Assembly (NCBI GenBank): GCA_002104945.1
Contig: MCFH01000003.1
Span: 1,116,001-1,180,000 of the forward strand
Length of the DNA: 64,000 bases
From: Piromyces finnis finn
Lineage: Eukaryota > Fungi > Neocallimastigomycota
Reading direction: 5' to 3'
Shown here in pieces: positions 12,321 through 25,261 of this stretch. Below the pieces are notes generated by a model, which was not told the origin of the DNA, did not search any database, and worked only from the letters and a program-made list of their open reading frames with translations. A program made the translations under genes and the position numbers. Numbering within the stretch: position 1 is the stretch's first letter; each line of letters opens with the position of its first letter.

Positions 12321-15300
12321 AATTATATATTTATTTTTTTTTCTAACCATGATTTAAACCTCTTTATACCATTCTATTTTTTTTCATTCATTCATTCATT
12401 CATTATGATTATTTTCATTATTATTATTATTATTTAAACTATTGCAACAAACTTTAAAACATTTTCCTTGCTAAATAAGTAAATCTTTTTTAATTAATCA
12501 AACAATTTTAATAAATTAAATAAATTTATTTTTAATTTAAATTTATTAAATTAATTTTTAAATTAAAAAATCCTTTTTTTTTTTTAATTTTTTGGATGAT
12601 TTGGAAAATTTTGGAATCGTTTAAGATTTTTTAATAATTTTGGTTGGTGTGGGTGGGTTGGTTGGTTGGAATGGATGGTATTGGTAAGGGAAAACAAAGT
12701 GTATTTTTTTTTTATTTTTAATTATAAATACAAAGGACTTTTTTTTTTTTATTGGTGAATTTAGGATTAGAAATGGTTATTACAAATAAAATAAAAAAAA
12801 AAAAAAAAAGTAAAGGTAATTGACGAATTAAAAATAAATACAAAAAGGTTAAGGATTAAAAATAAAACGAATGAAAGATCATTTTATTTTCGATACTATT
12901 AATAGAAAAATGTATTTTTCAATGACTCTTTCTCTTTTATACATTTCAATATTTAAAATACTAAAATAATTGCTAATTGTCTTTCAATTTAAATATTATT
13001 CTTATAATAATTCTATCTTTCAATTTCAATTTTTCTATTTTATTTTATATTATATTATTTTTTAACTTTTTTTTACAAATTATTAGAAAAAGAATTAATA
13101 AAATGGATACTATGGATATTTTGTATTTGTTAAAAAAATCATTATATATTCATTTTTAAATCAAAGTAATATCAGGGAAATGATCATTAAAAAAGAAAAA
13201 AGAAAAAAAAAAACCCTATTTATTATATTGAATGAATAGATTAATAAGAAAAATTCAAAGAAAAAAGTTTTATACCCCCATTTCTTTTTTCTTTTTTTTT
13301 TTAATTTTTCTTACAAAATAATATAAGATTTTAAAATAAATACTTTTTTTTTTTATTATTTGATATTACTTTTTCAAAGATTAAATGAAAAATAAATGAA
13401 AAAAAAAAAAAAAGAGAGAGAACCTGACAAGACAATTTTTTATTTTTTATTTTTTATTTTTTTTTTAAAAAAAAAGAGTATATAAAGAAAAGTTTTCGTT
13501 ATTAATTTCGTTTTCTTTTTCTTTTTTTTTTTAAAAAAAAATATATATATATAAATGAAATGACCTTGGCAATTTCATGACAATCACGACTTTTTTTTTT
13601 TCTTTATATTATTAATATTTTTATTAAAAGTTTTTATTTTTATTTTAATATATTAATAAAAAAAAGTAATAATTAATCACAATTTATTTTATTTATAAAT
13701 AGGAATTAAAAAAGAAAGAAAGAAATTTTATTTGAAACTATTTTAAGTAAATGGTTTTATTCAAAATAAATATTTTTTTTTTCTTAATTTAAAAAACGGA
13801 AAATAAAAATATTCATTGACAATTGTCGATAAAAAAAAAACTTAAAAAGTAACAAAAAAAAAAAAAAATAAGAATATTCATTGACAATTGTTGATATAAA
13901 ATAAAAAATAAATAAAATAAATAAAGAAATAAATAATAATAGTAATAATAATAATAATAATAATAAAATGAAAATTAATTTAAAAGTTTTTTTTTTTTTT
14001 TTTTTTTTTTTCTTTCCTTCTTTTGTTAAAATTAAAAATTTTTTTTTTCTGTTGATGAATTAACGTAAATTCAATTTATAATGGCTTATCAAAAAAAGAA
14101 TTAATTATATCTATAATGAAATTAAGAAAAGAAATAAAAATATATAAGATTATATTATACTATCTATTTTTTTTATTTTATTATTATTATTTTTATTGTT
14201 ATCGTATTATCATTTATACTATTATAATTATAGAGATTAGAAAAAGTAAAAAGGTAAAAAAAAAAAAAAAAAAGATAGTAAAATTTAAATATAAATTTAT
14301 TAAAGAAAATGTTAAATGAATAATTATAACAAAAAAAAAAACTTTATTTTTTAAAATCTAAATATATTCTTTTTTTGTTTGTTTGTTTGTTTGCTTGCTT
14401 ATCATTACACAAAAATATAAAAAGTTTATTAAAGAAATGAATTTATAAAATAATTCAGTATCACTTAAAAATATAAAAAAAAAAAAAAAAGTTTTATATT
14501 TTTAATTTTGAATACTATTGAATAAGATATTTAAATAAAGTTGTCGATAATGACGTTACATTAAAGACATTAACACCAAATTATTATGAAATTAAAATAA
14601 AAATGATAAATTTAATATTTATTATAGTTTTCATTAAAAAAAATAAAGTTGCCATTGATTATAATATATTGTTAACTTTTAGACATTAGACAATAGACTT
14701 TATTTATAGATTGTAAAAAAAAAATAATATAATTTTAAATTTTAAATTTGTATCTTATTTTGCATTTATATTTAATTTTCCCTTTCACAAAACGACTTTT
14801 ATTAAATAGAGTTATTACATAACATACAACATACACAGATTAATAATATTATATAATTAATAGATTACACAAAAGCTTAAATTTTAAAAAAAAAAATCTA
14901 TTTTTATAAACTAGTTTATTAAAAAAAATATAAAGTTTATATAAGCTTTTTAATTCTTAATAAAAATTACAAATGAAAACAATTTATATAATATGAATAT
15001 CTTTTTTGGGGATTTTTTTTTTCTATTTTTAAAAAAAAAGAAACTACTAATCAATAACTTTTGATTTTATTAATAAATAACCAAAGAAACAAAGAAATAA
15101 ATAAAAAAAACTAATTTAATTTTCTTTATAAATTATATTTATATTTAAATAATTAATTATTTTTTAATTATTTAAAAAAAAAACTATCCTTCCACAAAAA
15201 AAAAATTAAAAATAAACATTTTTTTAATAAAATAAAATGATTAAAATGTTTCTGTCATCTGTAATGACAACAACAAAATCTGTCTAAAAGTTTTGAAATA

Positions 15301-18214
15301 TTAATTTATACAATCTTTTAATATTTATTCATTTATTTTTCATATTTGTCAAATCTATTTGTTTCATTCCACAAAAAAAAAAATATAATAATAATTAAAA
15401 GAAAATAATCTATATAGGTTATGACACCAATTTAAAATGGTTTTGTCAGTCATTTATAATAATGACAACCATCCATCAAAGTTTTAATTAATCTTTTATT
15501 ACTTCTTTTCATAATATTCTTTTTTTTTTTTAATTTCATTTTCATTATAATAAAAAAACTTTTAAACTAAAAGAAAATAGAAATAAATTTTTTTTCTTTT
15601 TAATTTATGAATATAAAAATGATATAAAATAAAAAAAGGATTTAAATTTTTTATTATAAAAAAAAGAATTTTTTTATATATAATCATTAGGATTAAATAT
15701 CAAAACTCACTTTATTGTAATTAAATAGATTAAAAATATACTTTATTTTTTCTATTCTCTTTTGTCTTTGGTAACAACATTCCTCAACTAATAAATTAAA
15801 AATAAATGGTTGTCTACACATGATTTCATCTATTACAACTATATGAAATTAAATTAACAAAAACAAAAAAAAAAAAAAAATACATTCATTTCCAAAAATA
15901 TTTTATAATATATTTTATATGAAATATATATTAAATTGTTGACTATCTTTATATTTATAGAAAGTTTATAAACTTTTTTAATTTTAATAATTATATAATT
16001 TCTTTTTAAATTAAAATATCTTTTTTTCTTTTTAATTTTAATAATCATATAATTTTTTTTTTTAAATTAAAATGTCTTTTTTTTTTCTTTAACTTTATCA
16101 CGCATACAACACTCTAGTGTTTAATAATATTTTCTTTCTTTTTTTAATTTTCATTTGATACTTTAAAAAAATACAAAAATAGTAATATTTAATAAATTAC
16201 CATTTATCAAATACCAAACTATTTTACTATAATAATCCGTTTTTTTTAGAAGAAAAAGAAATAAATGAAAAAAAAATATTTAATCATGTATTAAATTTAC
16301 ATAGATGTATCTTTTCGAAAAAGAAAAAAAAAAATTAATGAAAAATCGAAAATTCATAAAGGGTTTAACCATCCTCAATTCCTTTCATTTCAATATTATA
16401 ATTTTTATGAAATAATAAAAAAAAAAAAACCTCATTTAATAAATTAAAATAAGGTATATAGGCAAATAAAAAAAAAGTTTAAAAAAACAAAACAAAAACT
16501 GTATTCTATATTAAATTTAATCGTTTACTTAACACTTTTAATGATTTTTAATCAATATAATTCTACCTTTTTTTAAATTTAATTTAATAATAAATAATAA
16601 TTTATATTTTGTTTTTTTTACAATTAAAAAAAAAAAAAAAAGGGTAGAATTACAATATTATAAAAAAAGTTTATAATACATTATTTTAATCCATTTCATA
16701 TTTTTTTGAAAAAAAATAATAAATAATAAAAAAATAAATATTTGGTAATATAAAAAAAAAAAGCTAATTTTAATAAACCTATTGAAAGTTTTTATTTGGT
16801 TATGAATTATTTTTTTTTATTCAAACAAAAATTAAAAAGATTTAATTAATAATTAAAGAAATTAAAATTAAACCCGTTTAATTGTAATAGAGGATATTTT
16901 AATAACAATTATAATAATTATATAAATATATAATAAAATATATAATTATCTAAATATAATAAAAATGTTTTTTTTTATATTTATTTCTTAGTTTTTCTAT
17001 ATTAAAATAATATATATATATAATAAAATAATTGTCTATTGTCTATAAATTATAAAATTTTAATTTTTATTAAAAAAAAAAGTCGATTTTTTATCATTAC
17101 AATTAAAATTACAATTAAGCGTATTAGGGTATATTAGTATTAGTATGTAAAAGATGACAGTATTTTACGATATAGTGTAAAAAAAACATATTTTCTATGA
17201 TTATTTTATTTCATCATAAGAATAAATAAAAAAGCGATAGACAAGGTATTCATTTATATACTTTAAATGTAATTATAGTCAATTCAAAATAATATTTTAT
17301 TATTTTATAAAGTTTTATCTTTTTCAAATGTTAAGACATGAATTTTCAATTTCCTTTCATATAAGATTTTTTTTTATTTTCTACCTAAAAAAAACGAAAT
17401 GAATCGAAACAAAATTAACAATAAAACACAAGACAAAGCATTAAAATATTGAAATAAATTATAAATTTCACTTTTCATTCATTCATTTATTTATAATATA
17501 CATTTATTATTTTTTTTTAAGAAAAAGAAAAAAAAATTAGATAAATAAAATAAATTATAGTATCATTTTGAATTTTCTTATTTATTTAGATTTTTTTAAA
17601 GTCATCCTTTTATTTTTTCTTATAATTTAATTTAATTAAATTAAATGGTCCATTTATAACAATTTTCTATATTTAAAACAAGTATCAAATAAAAAAATAT
17701 AAAATAATATAAAAATATTATCATCCTATAAACAATGGCTCTTTAGAGACAATAATTATTTTTATATACACATTGTCATTTTTTTTTCTAATTATAGATA
17801 CAAGACATATCAAACAAAAAAGTTTTTTTTTTTTACTTTTAATATTTAAATATATAATATGATATATATATTTATCATTGTATATAGAATATAAGAAATT
17901 TATATATATATTTATATAAAAAAAAATAAAAAAAATTAGATATTTTTTAAAGTTTTTAAATTATGAACAAATAATAAATGATAAAAGTGATAATGAAAAT
18001 TTTAGTATAAAAGAAGATAAAAATTCCCTTTGCAAAAAAAAATATTTTATTATCAATTCAATATAAAAAAAAAAAATAATTATTTATTAAAATCATTAAA
18101 ATTATTTTTAATTATTATATATATATTTATATATATATAAGAATTTCTTTTTTTTTTATAAAAAGAGAAAAAAAAAAGCGTCTATAAATAAAAATTATAT
18201 ACCCGTATGAATCA

Positions 18215-18217
<3 letters not shown>

Positions 18218-18270
<53 letters not shown>

Positions 18271-18285
18271 ATTATTATTATTATA
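18218..18285. repeat. (ATT)n microsatellite
   Basis: About 20 att units with one interruption. Confidence 0.85.
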
Positions 18286-18727
18286 CTTCTTTTATCCTTA
18301 AAAAATAAAATACTAATATATCTATATTTTTATATCTATTTTTTTATTCCATATTAATAAAATAAAAATAATCCACATCTCATTCTTTAAAAAAAAATAT
18401 TTAAAATAAACAAAATTTTATCCACATCAAACTTTAAAATATATTCAAAAAAAAACAATATTTAACGATTTAATAGAAGATAATTTTAAAAATAAAATAA
18501 TATTTTTTATTATTTATAATTAATTCACACAACATTAATTTTAAAACGAAAAAAAAAATAAAAAGATATTTATCTAAAAATAAATTTTTAACTTTTTAAA
18601 AATTTTATAATAAAATTTTAAAAGAAAAACGAAATTAAAAAAGTAAAAAGTAAAAATTACTTTTTTTTTATAATAGCAACAACAAAATACCCTTTTTATT
18701 TTAAATTAAAAAAAAAACTATTTAAAA

Positions 18728-19036
18728 ATGTTCAAGGAAGCTACTTTCAAGAATTTAATTATTACCGAACACTGGCCTTCCAGTACTTACTCATTAAAAG
18801 GAAGTTTTTCTACTTCATCACACTCTCTTTGTACTGAATATCGTAATAGTATGAATTCATTATTAAACTTTAGAAATGCATACTCTCAATCAAGTATAAT
18901 AGCTCCATCAGATGGATTATTATCGTCATCAAATTCTTGTTTACCAACGACTCATTCAAACTATTCAAGTCGTTCTAGTGTATTTACAAGTCAAAGATCA
19001 TTATTAGATACCATTAAGGAAGAAAAAGAAAAGTAA
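18728..19036 (+). CDS. Small single-exon Ser-rich protein (102 aa), function unknown
   Basis: ATG in aaaaATG context. The ORF is clearly richer in G+C than the flanks and has a non-low-complexity amino-acid composition, unlike the spurious AT-rich ORFs nearby. No recognisable domain. Confidence 0.6.
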   Translation: MFKEATFKNLIITEHWPSSTYSLKGSFSTSSHSLCTEYRNSMNSLLNFRNAYSQSSIIAPSDGLLSSSNSCLPTTHSNYSSRSSVFTSQRSLLDTIKEEKEK

Positions 19037-19998
19037 ATAAGAAAAGAAAGAAAAAAAAGAAGAAATTAAATAAATTGCTCGTAAAAAAAATATTACTATT
19101 TATCATATTTAAAAAAAAATATGATAAACGAAAAAAAAAAAAAAAAAAAAAGAATAAAAAAGAAGTTATTATAGAACAAAATGCCAAATAATCTATATAT
19201 TTTAATATCACAGAAAAAAATGGGATGATATTTTTTTTTTTATTTAATACTATATATATAAATAATTACAACAAATAATAAAAACCATTCATATTTGATC
19301 TTATACTGTAGTATACTACAAAATACCATATCAGAATATAATCTTATACACACAAAACACACATATATACACACATATATATATAAAAGATGAATTTCAT
19401 TATTTTTGAAATTCATTATATCAAAAAAAAAAAAAAAAAAAGAGAAAAATAGAAAAAAAAACATGAATATTATTATATTGAAACTCATGATAATTTAATT
19501 AATTTTATTTTTTCTTATATACATAAATTTTTATAAAAATTTTACTTTTTTGATATTTTTTTTTTTAAAAAAAAAAAAAAAGAAAGAAAAAAGAAAAAAA
19601 TAATAATTTTTAGTTTTAATGTTTTTTCTTTTTCTTTTTATCCTTATTTTAACCCAAACAAATAATTTTACAGAAAGTATAAAAAAAAATAAAAAAATAA
19701 AAAAAAAAAAATAAAAATTAAAAAAATTATAAAAAAAAAAATTGGTTTTTTTTTTTCTTTTTTATAGATGAGATAATTAATAGTAGTAGTAGTAGTAGTA
19801 GTGTTTGATAATTTTTTATATGGTAAATAAATAAAAAAAAAAAAAAGATGTTATAAATAATTAAATAGTAGTAAAAATAATAAAATGATTATATTTAAAG
19901 TTGTATGGAGATTCGATAAACTTTTCAAATGTGTACACTGCGCTGGGTGAAATTAATCTCTCTTTCTCTCCTCCTCCTAACACGAATAGATTTAAATA

Positions 19999-20033
<35 letters not shown>

Positions 20034-20214
20034 AAAATAAAAAGAAATATCGGGTAGGATTAGTGTGTGTTCATCCGTCCATTAAAATTCTCCCATAATT
20101 TTTTTTCATTCATTCAAAGGGAATACAAATATTGGATGATAGTCTTGGTTAACAGAAATATTAGGAATGTTTTTTTTTTTTTTTTCTTTATCATAATTGG
20201 TACAACGTCAATAT

Positions 20215-20245
<31 letters not shown>

Positions 20246-21072
20246 GTATTATAATATAATATTTATATATATTTATATAAAAATCAGAGATAAAATAATA
20301 AAAGGTCAATATTCCAGATGAAAAAACTTTTTCATTTCCTTTTACCAAAGAACATTAAATTTTATTTTATTTTATTTTACTTTTTATTATTATTATTACT
20401 AGGGGTGGAGGATTAAAAAAAAATGAAAAACAGTTTAATTCGTAAAATACAAGTTTGTATGAAAAAAATAAAATAAATAAATATTATTTATTTCGATTTT
20501 ATAAACCGTTCTTTTTATTTTATTTAAATGTTTATTTATTTTTTTTTTTTTTTATTTATTATAAAATAACAATAATGATGATAATTTTTTATTTTATTTT
20601 ATTTTTAAATGTTTATTTTTTATGTTTTATGTTTTATTCTTATTTTTATTATTATTGGTGTTGTTTTTTTTAAAAAAATATGTATTATAAAGACCTATTG
20701 AAATGAAAAGAGTTGAAAAAAACAATTAATTATATATTCTTTTATTTATATTGTTAAGGGTTATTGTTGTTTATTTATTTATTTATTATTATTATTATTT
20801 TTTTAATTTATTTTGTTGTTTATTTTTTTCTTTTCAGTTAAAAAAAATAAGAATATGAATTAGAGTATATAGAATAATAATAAAAAAAAAAATAAAAAAT
20901 TGGATAATTTTTTTTTTAGATATGAGGTTGATTTCTTTTTTTTTTTTAAAAAAAAATAAATTAATAATACAAAGGAATAAAACATCCATCAATTCATAGA
21001 TGATTAATTTTTTTTTATTATTATTTAAAAAATGACCAAAAAAAAAAAAAAAGGGGGGGGGTAGGAAATAAA

Positions 21073-24000
21073 TTAATGCATATTCATGTGTTGAAATTGA
21101 TTTTGCATTTGTTGATATTGTTGTTGATGAGGTGGTGGTGGACGTTGTTGATGAGAAGGTGGACGAGGTTGACGACTTTCTGGACGTGGTGGATAATTTC
21201 TAGTAGGTGAATTATAATAACCTCCTCCTGGACGTACATTAGGTGAAGCAGGTGGTTGATGGAAATGTTGTTGTGATTGAGGTGATCTTCTTTCTCTACT
21301 ATCATAATAATCTCTATCATCTCTTCTTTCTCTACTTCTTTCTCTATTTCTATCTCTATTATCACGACGATCTCGATTATCGTAGGGTTCATGACGGTTT
21401 AAGGAATCTGTACGTTCATGACGATCATACGAATCATAGGCAGAATTTCTCATATTGAAATTGCCAGATGGTGGGGTTTGATAGAATGAATTGGTTCCAC
21501 TACCTGAGCTACCACCGGTTCCATAGTATTCTTGATTTCGAATTTGTGGAGTTGAAGGTGGTCTATTTTGGCTTCGACCTTGATTTGGTGGTGGAGGTCT
21601 TTGATAATTTTGTGATGGTGGATGATTATAGTTATTATAGTCACCAGGTGGTGGTGGTCTTGGACGATTAGAATATTGTGTTGCGGAAGATCTTGGAGAA
21701 CGCATGTTTTGTTGAGATGAAACTCTTTGTTGTTGTGCTGGTGGTCCTGGTCTTGGTCTAGGTTGATTAGAAACTTGTCTTGCTGGAATTTGTCTTGGTG
21801 GTATTTGGGCTGGAGGTTGATTGTAATTTCTACTTGGTGGAGGTACTGGTTTTTGTTGATTTTGTTGTGGAACATTTTGTGCTGATAAGGCTTTAGCTTG
21901 GGCTGTTTCTTCTAATTTATAGATGAAACCTCCCTTCTTCTTTTTACCCACATAAAGGTAAACACCAGTATCTGTTTTTTGTAATAATTTAATGGAATTG
22001 ACGTGTCTTAAAACTTGAACAACTTCACCAGTCTTCCATACAGCAACTTCTACTGAATTTTGACCAATACTTAAAACAAACTTATTTTCAAGAATAACGG
22101 TTTCCTTTGGTGGTCCATCAACCCAACGAATACCATAACCACTGCCAAAGTCACCATTAACATTACCAAATCCAAATTGTAAGGTAGAAATTGGTCTACC
22201 CATAACATCAACAACTCTTGATACTGCACCGAATGTTGCTAAGAAGGAACGCATATCAGTAGCTGGTTTCTTTTGACGATTAATGGTTGGACCAACGGCA
22301 GCCATCAACTTTTTATTAATAGTTCCCATTGGACGAATGGTACCTTGAAGAGTTTTCTTTTGTTCAGCATTAAATGGAACTTGAACAAATTGTTGCCATC
22401 TTGGTCTATCACTATTTCCTGGATTAGATGGTTGAGCACGAATAAAGTCTTGACTAACCGGTAATTCAGTAACGTGGGAATCGTTCACAGAAACAATATT
22501 AGCTTCATTTGTGTAACCAAGATAAATTTCACTGACAACAATACCATCGTGTAAGACACTCATTACCTTTGGAGTTTCTGGTAACCAGAAGGCCTTAACC
22601 TTCATGAATCTTAAATATGGATCCTTTGCCCATTCGAAAAGAATAATATCTTGACGGAAAAGAACAGACATGTGAACTGATGTAGCTGTTCTTTCAATAA
22701 CAAAGGATAAAGCATCCTTTGTAGCTAAAATCTTTGTATAATCATTTACCCATTTACCTAAAATTGTAGTTTCATCATCAATCTTTTCTTCACTCTTTAA
22801 TTTATATACTTCATCTTCATCATTATTATTACGTCCAGCATTCATAATCATTTGAGCAGACATACCAGTGGAATGCTTAATTAATTTTTTAATACTTGAA
22901 AGGTTATATTGTCTAATATGATTATTTTTACCACTTAAAGCCATCATTACACCATAATCTTCTAAAATCTTAATTTGCTTAAATCTAGTATTTATAATTA
23001 ATTCAACTGGAATTTGTTGTTCTCTTGGTAAACTTGTATCAATATAGTATAATGCTTTTTCAGTACCAAATAATAAGTAATGGGCAAAGAAATCTGAAGT
23101 AAGAATTTCCATTTTGAAACCTGGACCAATGACAATTGGATTAACCAAACGATTTTGTGGATTGCCATCTTCATTAAAACCATAATCATTTGCATTTGGT
23201 TCAATAACAGCCATAACAGTTGGGGATACAATTCTTTGTTGCTATATAAAAGTAAATAAAAAATGAATAATATATAATAATAAATATTTATATTTTTTTT
23301 TTAAAAAAAAGAAAACATTAATAATTGATAATACAATAATAACAAAAAAAAAAAAAAAAAAGCATTTATAAATCATTAAATAGGGATAAAATTTGTAAAA
23401 ATATGTAAAAAAAAAAGTGAAAAAGATAAAATTATAAAATTTTTTTTAAAAAAAAAATATATATATATATGTGCAAATAATAAATATTACGACCATCGGT
23501 AATGAAAATAAAAACTTACTTGAACATTATTTTCAGAATTTTGTTTTTGAAGTTGGGATGGTGGAAGGGTATTTTTAACTTCTTCTGTGACAATTTCATC
23601 AAAGTTTGCAAATTCTTCATCATCATCAACTGGAATACCCAATTTAGACTTTTCTTTACCCATCTTTGATTTTTGAATCATATCAGTAAGAATAGCATTT
23701 CTTCTTAAATTTCTGGCTCTCTGTAAAAATGGATGTTTAAGTAAATCTTCTGCTGATGGTCTCTTATTTGGATCCTTTGTTAAACAGATAGCAATAAATT
23801 CATTAAATAATTTACTCCAATTCTTTGGTTTTGCTAAACTTAATTCAGATGTTGGAATAAGAGTTAAAGCTCTCATAGGGTGAATATCAGATAATGGAGG
23901 ATTTTTATCGGCAATTTCAATAGCAGTAATACCAATTGACCAAATATCTGCCTTTGAATTATAAGATGCATTATATGATGTTGGTGATTCTGGATCACAC

Positions 24001-25261
24001 ATAATTACTTCTGGTGCCATCCAATATCTTTTTATAAAATTTTTGATAAAGGTGTATTTTTTTTTTGGTTAATAAAAATTTTGAAAAAGGAATTTTTTTT
24101 TTCGTTGTTGTTGTTGTTGTTTAATAGAAATTGAGATAAAGGAATATTTTTTATTATTATTAAATGAAAATTTTAATAATAAATGAATAATTCTATAATC
24201 ATTACTCTATTATTTTTTTATATAATACTTACGGAGTACCAATAAATGTTCTTGCACGACCATAAGCATGTTGAAGTTTTGCAGATACACCAAAATCCCC
24301 CAATTTAATTTCACCATTATCTGTAAGGAAAAGATTACCAGCCTTAATATCACGATGAATAATTGAATTTTTGTGAATATAATCAAGACCCTGTTGTTTT
24401 AAATAATAATTTTATTATTATAAGAAATATATATATAAAAAAAACATATTTATTAGTTAATCCTTAACATTTAAAGTAAATAAAAAATAATTGATAATAC
24501 CTCTATAGATTCAAACATAATTGAACAAATTTGATCTTCATTTAATGGTTTTCTTAAATCTATTAATAGTTAAAAGTCATTAATTATTTATTTTTATAAA
24601 TAAAAATTTCGATAAAAATATTTTTTAAAAAAAAAAATTCCTACTTCTGTAAACTGAATCTAAGGCACCCCCACCACAAAGTTCCATACAAATCTAAAGT
24701 AATATAATAAATACCAAAGGTTATCAATAATTGTAAATGTATGATAATATTTTCAATAATTTAGTATATAATGATTATATAAATTTCACATAATATATTA
24801 ATTCAAATTTTATAAAAGGTAACAAAATATTTTTATATTATTGACGCTTGTTGTTGTAAAAAAAAAAACACTTACCCATAAATCAAAACCTTTTAAGAAA
24901 AGACCCATAAATTTTGTAACATTTTTGTGATTACATGACTTTAAAAATTCCATTTCTAACAAAGTTTCACGAAGTTCTTCTTCCTTTAATAATACTACTT
25001 TTACAGCAGTTAATTCATTTGTAGATGTTAATCTACCCTATTTTTTTAAAAAAAAAAAAAATCATTTAAATGGACGTTGGTTTATATACCTTTTTTATAC
25101 TCGATTTTTTTTTTATTACTGCCTATAAATAGTAATATAATTACCTTGTAAACATTACCGTAGTTACCCTTACCAATAATTTCAATAAGTTCAACAGCAC
25201 CCTTTGGATTTGGGGTTTTTAATAAAATTGGGAATTTTTTACCGAATTGAGCTATAGACAT
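21073..25261 (-). CDS. Ste20/GCK-family MAP4K (Misshapen/MAP4K4/TNIK/MINK-like) with kinase domain, CNH domain and Pro/Gln/Arg-rich tail; about 1073 aa, 7 exons
   Basis: Exons on the minus strand: 25261-25145, 25037-24876, 24693-24645, 24559-24501, 24390-24233, 24027-23520 and 23241-21073, all GT-AG and in frame. Kinase motifs are IGKGNYGNVYK, AVK, HRDIKAGN, DFG and GTPYWMAPE. The CNH-like segment reads LLFGTEKALYYID...RFKQIKILEDYGVMMALSGKNNHIRQYNL. Confidence 0.9.

Noticed and set aside
19900-20320. GC-richer patches and the 84-aa ORF 20067-20321
   Set aside because: The ORF is dominated by poly-T-derived Phe. No splice-consistent gene or RNA family could be built, so this is probably UTR or regulatory DNA.
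7880-25261. Idea that the Ace2/Crz1-like factor, microprotein and MAP4K form a co-located signalling cluster
   Set aside because: Functional links are conceivable (RAM/Hippo-type pathway), but the genes are kilobases apart in mixed orientation and nothing in the sequence indicates co-regulation. Proximity alone is not evidence.
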